Of a DNA stretch of 64,000 bases, positions 49,114 through 58,415 are shown in pieces. Every line of letters starts with the position of its first letter. Position 1 is the stretch's first letter. The notes under the pieces were generated by a model. It was not told the origin of the DNA and ran no database searches. It saw only the letters and a program-made list of their open reading frames with translations. The stretch comes from an uncultured Gammaproteobacteria bacterium (GTDB taxonomy: Bacteria > Patescibacteriota > Patescibacteriia > UBA11705 > JABHMO01), in contig CAZPYM010000001.1 in the NCBI GenBank assembly GCA_964590105.1, forward strand, positions 236,746 to 300,745. Direction: 5' to 3'. The translations under genes and the position numbers were made by a program.

Positions 49114-50403
49114 ATGATCCTGAACGACTATAAAATCATCAAAAATCTTTGTTATGGCTGCGGAACATGCGCAGGTGTTTGTCCTACTGGTAGTATGACT
49201 ATGCAGAAGGATAAACTTGGTGTTTTTACGCCTAGTTATAATGGAGATCTTTGTATCCGATGTAATAACTGTGTTAATGTTTGCCCTGCTACTGCAGAAT
49301 ATAAGCACCATTGTGATATAGTAAAACAGGAGGAGAACCTAATGAATCCATGCCGAAAAGCTTTTGTAGGCTATACCAAAAATGACCAGGTCAGAAATAA
49401 AGCAACTTCTGGCGGAATTATAACCACATTACTTGATTGGGCAATTAGAGAAAAAATAATTGATTCTGCCCTAGTTGTTAAATCTAAAACAGATGACCCT
49501 TTTTCTTCAGAAGCAACCATTATTTTTGATTGTCCTAGCTTATATGAATCAAGTGGCTCACGATATTTGCCCGTGGAATTTAGCTCAGCAATAAAAGCTA
49601 TAATCTACAATGAAAACATTAAAAAAACCGCTATAGTGGGGCTGCCATGCCATATTCATGGAATAACTTTAGCACAATCTTTACTCCCAAATCTAAATGA
49701 AAAAATTATTTTTAAAATTGGACTTTTTTGTAAACAAACGAAAGATATACGATTTACTGATATGATTCTTGCTAAAATGAAACTTAACAAAAACGAAGTT
49801 AAAAGTATTAAATATCGCGCTAAAGGTTGGCCTGGAAATATTGTAGTTACTTTAAAAAACGAACAAATAAAAATTTTCCCCTATAACTATTTTAATATGT
49901 TATGGGGGGCTCTGTCATGTTCCCCGAAGAGTTGCTTAACTTGTACAGACAGTATGTCAAGGTATGCAGATATTTCTGTCGGGGATGCCTGGTTACCAGA
50001 CTATATTAACGAAGAACAAGGTACCTCTGTAATACTGGCCAGAACACAAACAGGCCAAAAATTATTAAATCAAGCTATCACAAAAAATAAGATTGCGATC
50101 CAGTCAATTGATCCTACTGAAATCCTAAAAGTTCAGCCTAAATTTATTGTCCAAGCAAAAAAAGAAAATTATTGGAGCCGTTGTAAAATTTTAGGACTTT
50201 CTAATAAAAACATAAAGAAACTATATTCCAAAAAACAAAGTTCACAAAACTTCTCAGAAGCAGTTTGGGTTTTTATAGTTCGCTTTTTCAGTAGTTCTCT
50301 TATTTTTAGAAAGCTGTATCCATATTTACCCAATTTAATACACAAAACAATAAACAAAGCACATATTTTAATATGGGAAAAACTAGCAAAACGAAATCAA
50401 TAA
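49114..50403 (+). CDS. Coenzyme F420 hydrogenase/dehydrogenase beta-subunit-like Fe-S protein
   Basis: Two CxxCxxCxxxCP motifs, TSGG, GSRY, VGLPCH, GLFC, ADISVGDAW. Confidence 0.88.
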   Translation: MILNDYKIIKNLCYGCGTCAGVCPTGSMTMQKDKLGVFTPSYNGDLCIRCNNCVNVCPATAEYKHHCDIVKQEENLMNPCRKAFVGYTKNDQVRNKATSGGIITTLLDWAIREKIIDSALVVKSKTDDPFSSEATIIFDCPSLYESSGSRYLPVEFSSAIKAIIYNENIKKTAIVGLPCHIHGITLAQSLLPNLNEKIIFKIGLFCKQTKDIRFTDMILAKMKLNKNEVKSIKYRAKGWPGNIVVTLKNEQIKIFPYNYFNMLWGALSCSPKSCLTCTDSMSRYADISVGDAWLPDYINEEQGTSVILARTQTGQKLLNQAITKNKIAIQSIDPTEILKVQPKFIVQAKKENYWSRCKILGLSNKNIKKLYSKKQSSQNFSEAVWVFIVRFFSSSLIFRKLYPYLPNLIHKTINKAHILIWEKLAKRNQ

Positions 50404-50411
50404 TATTATTT

Positions 50412-50537
50412 ATGGAGACTCATAACACTAAAGGTACAATTTATTACATTAACCACGATGAAGAAAGGATTACTATGGCTGAATTAGCGCGAAAAAAGAC
50501 CCTTAACCAGCACACATATCTTCACGGAAGGGATTAA
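50412..50537 (+). pseudogene. C-terminal remnant of a CgeB-like glycosyltransferase
   Basis: ...YYINHDEERITMAELARKKTLNQHTYLHGRD resembles the tails of the 45464 and 46636 proteins. Confidence 0.5.
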
Positions 50538-50574
50538 TTATTATCAATTGTTAAAATAGAATAGAAATATTATT

Positions 50575-51705
50575 ATGAAAATTGGTATTATCAATTATAC
50601 AGGCGGGGGAATCAGTGGCGGCTATTTAAAATACTTACAAAACATCTTGCCGCTACTGGCAAAACATACTGATATTTCATCCATACTTTGCGCTACACCT
50701 CCTAATATATCATTAGAAAATAAACTTGGAGATATTAAAAAGCTTGAGCATACTGATTGTTTACCTTTTAAATATTTTAGGCTACACAAAGATAAAGCCT
50801 TATACGCAAAACTTGATCAATTCAAGCCTGATGTTTTATTTTTCCCTTTGGAGCACTTTTTTCAATATAAAAACATTCCCACAGTTACCATGATTCAAAA
50901 CATGGAGCCTTTAATTGACAATTTTCCAGGGGATCCTGTTTTAGAAAAAATCAAAAAACTACTTCAACGTCGGGCAGCGAAAAAAGCAGTAATGACCACA
51001 GATGCAATTATTGCACCATCTGATTTTGTATTAAATTTCCTGGTAGATAAGTGGCATATTCCAAAACAAAAAATTACCAGAATTTATTATGGTATTAATA
51101 AAATTGAACAACTTTCAATCACAAAACCAAAAAAAATCCCCGATTCATGGAAAAATCAATTTATTTTTACAGTTGGATCTATCAGACCAGCCCGCGGACT
51201 TGATGATTTAGTTACAGCTATTCAGCACCAAGAAATCAAAAAAATAGATAGTCTATATTTTGTAATTGCAGGCAAAGCATCTTCAGCAACAAAGGAATAC
51301 AGGGATAATTTATATAATAGAATTAAAAAATCCAGTTTATTGAACAGAGTATCTTGGCAAAGTCAGCTGACCGAATCAGAAATGGCTTGGTGCTATCAAA
51401 ATTGTTTAACTTTTGCAATAACCAGCAAAATAGAATCTTTTGGAATGATCACAGGCGAAGCTCTCTCACATAATTGCATAATTGTATCTTCAGATGCGCC
51501 ATGTATGCCTGAAATTGCAAAGGATGCTGCGATATTCTATAAAAGTGGCGATGGGAAATCCCTTGCAGATAAGCTTATTCAGGCTACACATCTTACAACA
51601 GAAGAGAAAAACACAATATTTTCGCGTACTCAAGCTCGCGCTTCTGAATTTGCTTGGCAAACAACAGCTGAAAAGACTATTTATTTATTAAAATCACTTA
51701 TATAA
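50575..51705 (+). CDS. GT4 glycosyltransferase
   Basis: ESFGMITGEAL, F.WQ.TA tail. Confidence 0.85.
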   Translation: MKIGIINYTGGGISGGYLKYLQNILPLLAKHTDISSILCATPPNISLENKLGDIKKLEHTDCLPFKYFRLHKDKALYAKLDQFKPDVLFFPLEHFFQYKNIPTVTMIQNMEPLIDNFPGDPVLEKIKKLLQRRAAKKAVMTTDAIIAPSDFVLNFLVDKWHIPKQKITRIYYGINKIEQLSITKPKKIPDSWKNQFIFTVGSIRPARGLDDLVTAIQHQEIKKIDSLYFVIAGKASSATKEYRDNLYNRIKKSSLLNRVSWQSQLTESEMAWCYQNCLTFAITSKIESFGMITGEALSHNCIIVSSDAPCMPEIAKDAAIFYKSGDGKSLADKLIQATHLTTEEKNTIFSRTQARASEFAWQTTAEKTIYLLKSLI

Positions 51706-51787
51706 TGATCTCTCGAACTAGTTTGATTTAATTAATTTCTTGTGCTAATATCATATTTGTAATTATCGCCAAAATAAGTAACAGAAT

Positions 51788-53029
51788 ATGAATATATTAA
51801 TTATTTCACAATATTTCTGGCCAGAAAATTTTCGCATCAACGAGATGGCTAAAGGCCTAAAAGACAAAGGCCATAATATAACAGTACTGACCGGGATACC
51901 AAACTATCCGCAAGGAAAATTTTACAAGGGGTATAGCCTCTCTGAAAACCGAAAAGAAAATTATTCAGGCGTAAAAATAATAAGAGCCGTTTTAATTCCA
52001 AGAGGAAATAGTAGCTCAGTTAAATTAATACTAAATTGTGTTTCATTTGCAATCTGTGCATCTTTTACAGCAATATTTAGCTGCAAAGAAAAATATGATT
52101 TAATATTTGTTTTTGAACCATCCCCTATAACAGTTGGGTTACCTGCCGTTATCCTAAAGAAATTAAAAAAGATTCCTATATTATTTTGGGTTCAGGATCT
52201 TTGGCCTGAAAGTTTATCTGCAACAGGCTCAATAAAATCTCCTTTTTTACTAAAAATTGTTGGCAGGTTTGTCAAATTTATATATAAAAATTGCGATAAA
52301 CTATTAATTCAGTCCAAAGGATTTACTGAAAGCATAGAAAGTTTCGACATTCAACTAGATAAAATTCAATTTTTTCCCAATTGGGCAGGAGAATCACAAC
52401 TGCCAAAACAGAACGAAGAAATAAACAAAACTAATCAAATCAAATCAAAGTTTCCAGATGGTTTTAATATATTATTTGCGGGCAATATTGGCGTAGCACA
52501 AGATTTTGAAACTATTATATCAGCGATGGAAAACATACCAGCATACAAAAATATCAATCTAATTATCATGGGAGAAGGAAGAAAACGAAACTGGGTTAAA
52601 AATCAAATCAAGGAAAAGAATCTGTCCAACATATATCTGTTTGAAAAATGTTTATTAGCAGAAATACAATATTATTATTCAAACACAGATGCATTACTAG
52701 TATCTCTCAAGGATGAGGCTATATTCAATTCAACAATCCCTGCAAAAGTACAATCATACCTTTACAGCGGAAAACCGATTATAGCTGCTCTTAATGGCGA
52801 AGGCTCTAAGATTATAAAGGAATCTGGATCGGGTTTAACCTGTCCAAGCTCAGACAAAAAAGGCCTTTCAGAAATCATATTATTAATGTACAATAAAACA
52901 CCAGAAGAAAGAAAACAAATGGGTAAAAATGGACTAAATTATTACAATGAAAATTTTGAATTTAAAAAATTGTTAAATAAGCTAGAAAGCTGGATGCAGG
53001 ATCAACTTATTAAAAACAATAAAGCCTAA
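51788..53029 (+). CDS. GT4 glycosyltransferase, WbuB-like (L-FucNAc/L-QuiNAc transferase family)
   Basis: SQYFWPE, GIPNYP, WVQDLWPES, FAGNIG.AQ, IPAKVQSY. Confidence 0.85.
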   Translation: MNILIISQYFWPENFRINEMAKGLKDKGHNITVLTGIPNYPQGKFYKGYSLSENRKENYSGVKIIRAVLIPRGNSSSVKLILNCVSFAICASFTAIFSCKEKYDLIFVFEPSPITVGLPAVILKKLKKIPILFWVQDLWPESLSATGSIKSPFLLKIVGRFVKFIYKNCDKLLIQSKGFTESIESFDIQLDKIQFFPNWAGESQLPKQNEEINKTNQIKSKFPDGFNILFAGNIGVAQDFETIISAMENIPAYKNINLIIMGEGRKRNWVKNQIKEKNLSNIYLFEKCLLAEIQYYYSNTDALLVSLKDEAIFNSTIPAKVQSYLYSGKPIIAALNGEGSKIIKESGSGLTCPSSDKKGLSEIILLMYNKTPEERKQMGKNGLNYYNENFEFKKLLNKLESWMQDQLIKNNKA

Positions 53030-53043
53030 GGGCCTCCAAATTT

Positions 53044-55152
53044 ATGCCTATAAAAGTATTAACGATTCTTGGGACAAGACCAGAAATTATCAAACTAAGC
53101 CTGATAATGAAAGAATTGGAAAAGCATATACAACATGTATTAGTACATACAGGACAAAACTATGATTACGAACTAAATGAAATCTTCTTCAATGAGATGG
53201 AAATTCGTAAGCCAGATTATTTCTTAGATGCTGTTGGCGATAATTTAGCTGAAACAATTGGAAATATTATTTCAAAAGTCGACAAAGTACTTGAAAAAGA
53301 AAAACCAGATGCAGTCCTAGTATATGGTGACACTAATAGCTGCTTATCAGTAATCCCTGCAAAACGAAGGAAAATACCAATTTTCCACATGGAGGCTGGA
53401 AATCGTTGTTTTGACGCAAGAGTACCAGAAGAAGCAAATCGAAAAATCATTGACCACACAAGCGATATCAACATGACCATTACTGAACACGCTAGAAGAT
53501 ACTTGATACAGGAAGGGATTAGGCCAGAAACTATTATAAAAACAGGGTCTCCAATGATTGAAATTCTTGAATATTACAAAGAAAAAATTAAAAAATCTAC
53601 AATTTTACAAAATTTAAACATTGAGCCTGAAAATTTCTTCTTGGTTAGTGCTCATAGAGAAGAAAACATTGACTCTGAAATAAACTTTAATGATCTACTG
53701 GATACTCTTAATGGCATTGCCGAGAAGTACCAAAAACCTATCATTGTTTCTACACATCCAAGAACAAGAAAACGGATAGAGCTTCAAGGAAATGTTAATT
53801 TTAACCCATTAATTCGGTTTATGAAACCTCTAGGGTTTTTGGACTATGTTAAACTACAAATGGAAGCTAAATGCGTAATTTCCGACAGTGGTACAATCAC
53901 TGAGGAGGGAACTATTTTAAATATTCCTGTTGTTACTTTACGACAGGCACATGAAAGACCTGAGGGAATGGATGAAGGAACCTTAATCATGAGTGATCCT
54001 AAACGTGAAGACGTTTTAGCGGCAATGGACACTGTTATGGCGCAACATTCTAAAATTGAGCGGATCTTTAGAGTTGTACCTGACTACGATGTTAAAAATG
54101 TTTCCAAAAAAACTGTCAGGATCATCATGAGTTATATAAGATATATTAATAGAACTGTTTGGTACAAAGACGAAAAATCTAATTCTTCAAACAATTTGAT
54201 CAGTAACGCTGTTCTAAAACAACAAAACGGCATGTTGCAAAAAATATGTATCTTAGGCTGCTCTGGCATGCTTGGTTCAATGATTTTAGATGTATTTGCA
54301 AAAGATTCTAACTATGAAATAATAGCTGTTGTGCGTGATATTTCATATGCAGAATCACAAAAAAACAAATATTCAAATGTAAAATGGCAAATTTTAGATG
54401 CTGAAAAAGCTACTGAACATGACATCGCAGAAATCATAGCTGATTGCAAATGGGTAATAAATGCTATTGGTGTAATAAAACCATACATAAAAGACACAGA
54501 AGATCAACAAGTGGAACGAGCAATTAAAGTAAATGCACTTTTTCCACACCTATTAGCAAAAGTTGCGAAAACTAAAGGAACGAAAGTGATACAAATAGCT
54601 ACAGACTGTGTTTATTCTGGACAAAAAGGATCTTACAAGGAAAGCGATTCACATGATTCTATTGATGCTTATGGAAAAACAAAAGGACTTGGTGAAGCTA
54701 ATAATGCAAGCTTTTATAATCTTAGATGTTCAATCATCGGACCAGAAACAAAAAACAATGTTTCTCTATTAGATTGGTTCCTTGGGCAACCAGCAAACGG
54801 TCAACTAAATGGTTTTACTAATCATCACTGGAACGGAATTACTACTTTACATTTTGCGAAAATCTGTATAGGAATAGTAAAATCTGACATGAATTTACCT
54901 AATAAGCAACACATAATTCCTGCTAATAAGATTTCTAAACATAATCTTTTACTAACTTTTTCTACTAACTTTGATCGAAGTGATCTTAAAATCAATCCAG
55001 TGCCAGCCGATACTGTAATTGACCGTACTTTAGCAACAGAAAATTCAGCTAATAATTTAAGGATTTGGCAGGCTGCAGGATACAATGAACCGCCGACAAT
55101 CGAAAAAATGGTTGAGGAATTAGCGCTGTTAATAAATAAAAATAACAATTAA
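53044..55152 (+). CDS. Fusion: UDP-HexNAc 2-epimerase (FnlC/WbjD-like) + RmlD-like 4-keto reductase
   Basis: N-terminal GTRPEIIK, HTGQNYD, EAGNRC, SDSGT; C-terminal GCSGMLG, ATDCVY, YGKTK. Confidence 0.88.
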   Translation: MPIKVLTILGTRPEIIKLSLIMKELEKHIQHVLVHTGQNYDYELNEIFFNEMEIRKPDYFLDAVGDNLAETIGNIISKVDKVLEKEKPDAVLVYGDTNSCLSVIPAKRRKIPIFHMEAGNRCFDARVPEEANRKIIDHTSDINMTITEHARRYLIQEGIRPETIIKTGSPMIEILEYYKEKIKKSTILQNLNIEPENFFLVSAHREENIDSEINFNDLLDTLNGIAEKYQKPIIVSTHPRTRKRIELQGNVNFNPLIRFMKPLGFLDYVKLQMEAKCVISDSGTITEEGTILNIPVVTLRQAHERPEGMDEGTLIMSDPKREDVLAAMDTVMAQHSKIERIFRVVPDYDVKNVSKKTVRIIMSYIRYINRTVWYKDEKSNSSNNLISNAVLKQQNGMLQKICILGCSGMLGSMILDVFAKDSNYEIIAVVRDISYAESQKNKYSNVKWQILDAEKATEHDIAEIIADCKWVINAIGVIKPYIKDTEDQQVERAIKVNALFPHLLAKVAKTKGTKVIQIATDCVYSGQKGSYKESDSHDSIDAYGKTKGLGEANNASFYNLRCSIIGPETKNNVSLLDWFLGQPANGQLNGFTNHHWNGITTLHFAKICIGIVKSDMNLPNKQHIIPANKISKHNLLLTFSTNFDRSDLKINPVPADTVIDRTLATENSANNLRIWQAAGYNEPPTIEKMVEELALLINKNNN

Positions 55153-55158
55153 TAAACC

Positions 55159-55941
55159 ATGAAGACTAATCAAAACATTGAAAATGAAAAAGAATGGCAC
55201 GAACAAAAATTTTATATTGACAATGGACATTGGACATCAAAACCATTATTCGCATCAAGAGAAAGACATTGGCTTAAAAATGATTTTCAAAAAATTAGAT
55301 TTTTCGGCGACTTATTTCATTATTTAAAAAATAAATCATATTTCCAAAAAGCAAAAATTTTAATGGCCCCAGTTGGCAATGGTGATGACTTAAAATATTT
55401 GCACGGTTTCTATGAAGAAGATATCCATGGAATTGACATTTCAGAATACGCACTCAAAAAATGTCCAAGCACAATAATAAAAAAAGCAAGGGACATTCTT
55501 AATTCTGGTTATGAAAACGCTTCATTTGATTTGATCATTTGCTGCCAATTTCTTCATCATACTCACAAAATTGGCTTTGAGCCCTTTATTCAAGAATTTT
55601 ATCGCATATTACGTCCCGGTGGAGTACTTGCAATCATGGAACCGAGTGAGTTTTACCCCTTATCATTTATTTTTCGCTTTCTCAATAAATGGTTGGGCAA
55701 TGTTACCGGGAAAGTAAATGACGAAAAACCAATTCAGCCATCTAAAATTACAAAAATTCTTAAATCAAATAATTTTGAAAATATCCAAGTTCATGGCTTA
55801 AGTTATAATCATGTTAGATTTCCAATTATAATACAGAATCTTATCAATTTAATAGATTTTTTGTTTCGACGATTATATCCATTCAATATGGCAGCGGAAA
55901 GTGTAGGTTGGTATGGCCAGAAGCATTCAGATGACAAATAA
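55159..55941 (+). CDS. Class I SAM-dependent methyltransferase
   Basis: APVGNG, GIDIS, FLHH, RILRPGG..EP. Confidence 0.8.
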   Translation: MKTNQNIENEKEWHEQKFYIDNGHWTSKPLFASRERHWLKNDFQKIRFFGDLFHYLKNKSYFQKAKILMAPVGNGDDLKYLHGFYEEDIHGIDISEYALKKCPSTIIKKARDILNSGYENASFDLIICCQFLHHTHKIGFEPFIQEFYRILRPGGVLAIMEPSEFYPLSFIFRFLNKWLGNVTGKVNDEKPIQPSKITKILKSNNFENIQVHGLSYNHVRFPIIIQNLINLIDFLFRRLYPFNMAAESVGWYGQKHSDDK

Positions 55942-55963
55942 ATTATTTTAATCCAATCATAAT

Positions 55964-57367
55964 ATGGCAAAAATATTGGTAGTAGGGGGAGCAGGGTTTA
56001 TTGGTGGAGCAATAACAGATTTATTACTAAACATAAACCATCAAACTAGGGTTTATGATTGCTTAATGTATGAAGAATCATACAGAAAACCAGTAGAATT
56101 TATTAATGGAGATATTCGAGAGCACCTTAAACTTAAAACACATTTAGATTGGGCCGATACAGTTATTTGGCTGGCAGCGCTTGTAGGAGATGGGGCTTGT
56201 AATTTGTATCCAGAATTATGTGATCTATTAAACAACCAGGAAGTAAAATGGTTCGCTGAAAATTTTAATGGGCGTATTATTTTCCCTTCAACATCTATGG
56301 TTTATGGAGTACAAGCGGGGAATCTTACTGAAAACGCTCAAATAAATCCACTTTCAATTTACGCAAAAGCAAAATGTGCAGCCGAAAACCATTTTACGAA
56401 CAAAAATGCTGTGATTGTTCGTCTAGGAAGCTTGTTCGGTGTAGGAGATAATTTTTCAAGAATTCGGTTAGATTTAGTTGGAAATGTTTTAACAACAGAT
56501 GCAGCTTTTTCAAAAAAAATAACGCTTTTCGGTGCAAATAAAACAAGACCGCTTTTACACGTCCGAGATGTTGCAGAAGTCATGGTTAACAACATTGACA
56601 CCCAATGTACTGGAACCTTCAACCTTCACTGGCAAAACATGAAGATAAGTGAAATTGCAAACCAGGTTAAAACAAATTTTCCAGAAACCCAAATTGAGGT
56701 GGTACCTGAAAAAATTCAAGCAACTGGTGATTATGGCCTAAATAGTGACAAAGCCAGAGAAGTTTTGGGCTTTAATCCAACACATACCCTTAATAGTGGC
56801 ATTAATCAATTAAAAGAACTAATAAACTCCGGGCGAATAACTGATTTTAATAACTCGAGGTATAAAAATGAAGCCTTCCTAAAACAAAACCCATTGACTA
56901 TAACAAACAATATAACAGATAACGAAAAAGATAAAATTAAATTACTTGAAGGCGGGCTTGCTGTTGATGATAGAGGAGAAGTTACCTTTGCAAATGATTT
57001 TGATTTTTCAGATGTAAAACGTTTTTACATGGTTGAAAACCATAAAGCAGGCTTTGTGCGAGCCTGGCATGCTCACCATAAAGAAGGCAAGTATGTTTTT
57101 GTGCCCAATGGCGAGGCCTTAATTGGCGCAGTAAAAATTGATAACTGGGAGAAACCAAACCACAATGCTGAGGTATATCAACATGTGTTATCAAGCCATA
57201 AGCCACAAATTCTATATATTCCGCCCGGTTATGCTAATGGGGCAATGTCCTTAACCACTGATACAAAAATAATTTATTTTTCAACATCATCACTTGATGA
57301 ATCCAAGGGCGATGACGTTCGTTATAATGCTCATTATTGGAATATTTGGGGAATCGAAGAACGTTAA
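55964..57367 (+). CDS. Fusion: NAD-dependent epimerase/dehydratase (SDR) + RmlC-like cupin 3,5-epimerase
   Basis: GGAGFIG, YAKAK; C-terminal DDRG, RAWHAH, IPPGYANG. Confidence 0.85.
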   Translation: MAKILVVGGAGFIGGAITDLLLNINHQTRVYDCLMYEESYRKPVEFINGDIREHLKLKTHLDWADTVIWLAALVGDGACNLYPELCDLLNNQEVKWFAENFNGRIIFPSTSMVYGVQAGNLTENAQINPLSIYAKAKCAAENHFTNKNAVIVRLGSLFGVGDNFSRIRLDLVGNVLTTDAAFSKKITLFGANKTRPLLHVRDVAEVMVNNIDTQCTGTFNLHWQNMKISEIANQVKTNFPETQIEVVPEKIQATGDYGLNSDKAREVLGFNPTHTLNSGINQLKELINSGRITDFNNSRYKNEAFLKQNPLTITNNITDNEKDKIKLLEGGLAVDDRGEVTFANDFDFSDVKRFYMVENHKAGFVRAWHAHHKEGKYVFVPNGEALIGAVKIDNWEKPNHNAEVYQHVLSSHKPQILYIPPGYANGAMSLTTDTKIIYFSTSSLDESKGDDVRYNAHYWNIWGIEER

Positions 57368-57418
57368 TTCCGTTAAGCCGAACAGATAGGTTATAATCAA
57401 TAAACAATAAAAATTGAT

Positions 57419-58408
57419 ATGTTATTTGAAATTTTTATTCTATGCGTTTTAATCGCGTTTGCAATTGGCTTGATTGCTGCTTATTTAATAAAAAAATTTG
57501 GGAAGCGCTTATCACTCATTGACGCTCCTAACGAAAGAAGCGCTTACAGGCACAAAGAACCAACACCAAGAGGGGGGGGGCTCGGCATTTGGCTTGTTTC
57601 CATATTGGGAAGTATTTTAATTGTAAAAAATTTCTATTTTGCTATAATCTTTTTCTTACTAGGCGCAGTAGCCGTAGTAGATGATCGATACACCTTGTCA
57701 GTAAAAATTAGATTAATTTTTCAATTTATTCTTTCTCTCGCCATAATTTTAATTGGTCTTAAATTAGAGCTGTCAATAATATTTATTTTATTAATAATTT
57801 TCTGGATAATCTTTATCTGCTCTACTACTAATTTTTACAATTTCATGGACGGAATAGACGGCATTGCCGGAGCGACGGGAGTCATCTGCTTTAGCTTTTT
57901 AGCATTCTACGCTCACTATTTCGGCGAAGAACAGCAAATTGCACTTTTTTGTGCCTGCATGGCCGCTTCTTGTTTAGGATTCTTAATCATTAATTTCAGT
58001 AAATCGAGAGTCTTCATGGGCGACATTGGCAGTACCACTTTGGGATTTGTTTTTGCGGTCATTGTCATGCTTCTATCGAACAATCTAATAGAATTCATTT
58101 GTCTAGCATCATTTATTTTCACTTTTTATGCAGACGAAATCATAACTTTGTTTATTCGAATAAAAAAGAAGGAGAATATAACTCAAGCTCATCGCCAACA
58201 CTTATATCAGCTGCTGGCAAACGAGAAAAAGATCAAACACTGGAAAGTTACAACAATTTACATTATCGTGCAATTTATTGTCGGTGCTACCGCCGTTTTA
58301 ATCAAACCGCTTGGCGCAACAATTGTACTAGAAACTTTAATAATTTTTTTCTTGATGATTTTAATTATGAATTTACAACTACGAAACAACCTCCAGAAAA
58401 CAAACTAA
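57419..58408 (+). CDS. Polyprenyl-phosphate HexNAc-1-phosphate transferase (WbpL/WecA-like, MraY family)
   Basis: PNERS, PTPRGGG, DD, NFYNFMDGIDG, FMGD.GS, HRQHLYQ. Confidence 0.9.
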   Translation: MLFEIFILCVLIAFAIGLIAAYLIKKFGKRLSLIDAPNERSAYRHKEPTPRGGGLGIWLVSILGSILIVKNFYFAIIFFLLGAVAVVDDRYTLSVKIRLIFQFILSLAIILIGLKLELSIIFILLIIFWIIFICSTTNFYNFMDGIDGIAGATGVICFSFLAFYAHYFGEEQQIALFCACMAASCLGFLIINFSKSRVFMGDIGSTTLGFVFAVIVMLLSNNLIEFICLASFIFTFYADEIITLFIRIKKKENITQAHRQHLYQLLANEKKIKHWKVTTIYIIVQFIVGATAVLIKPLGATIVLETLIIFFLMILIMNLQLRNNLQKTN

Positions 58409-58415
58409 TCGAGAT

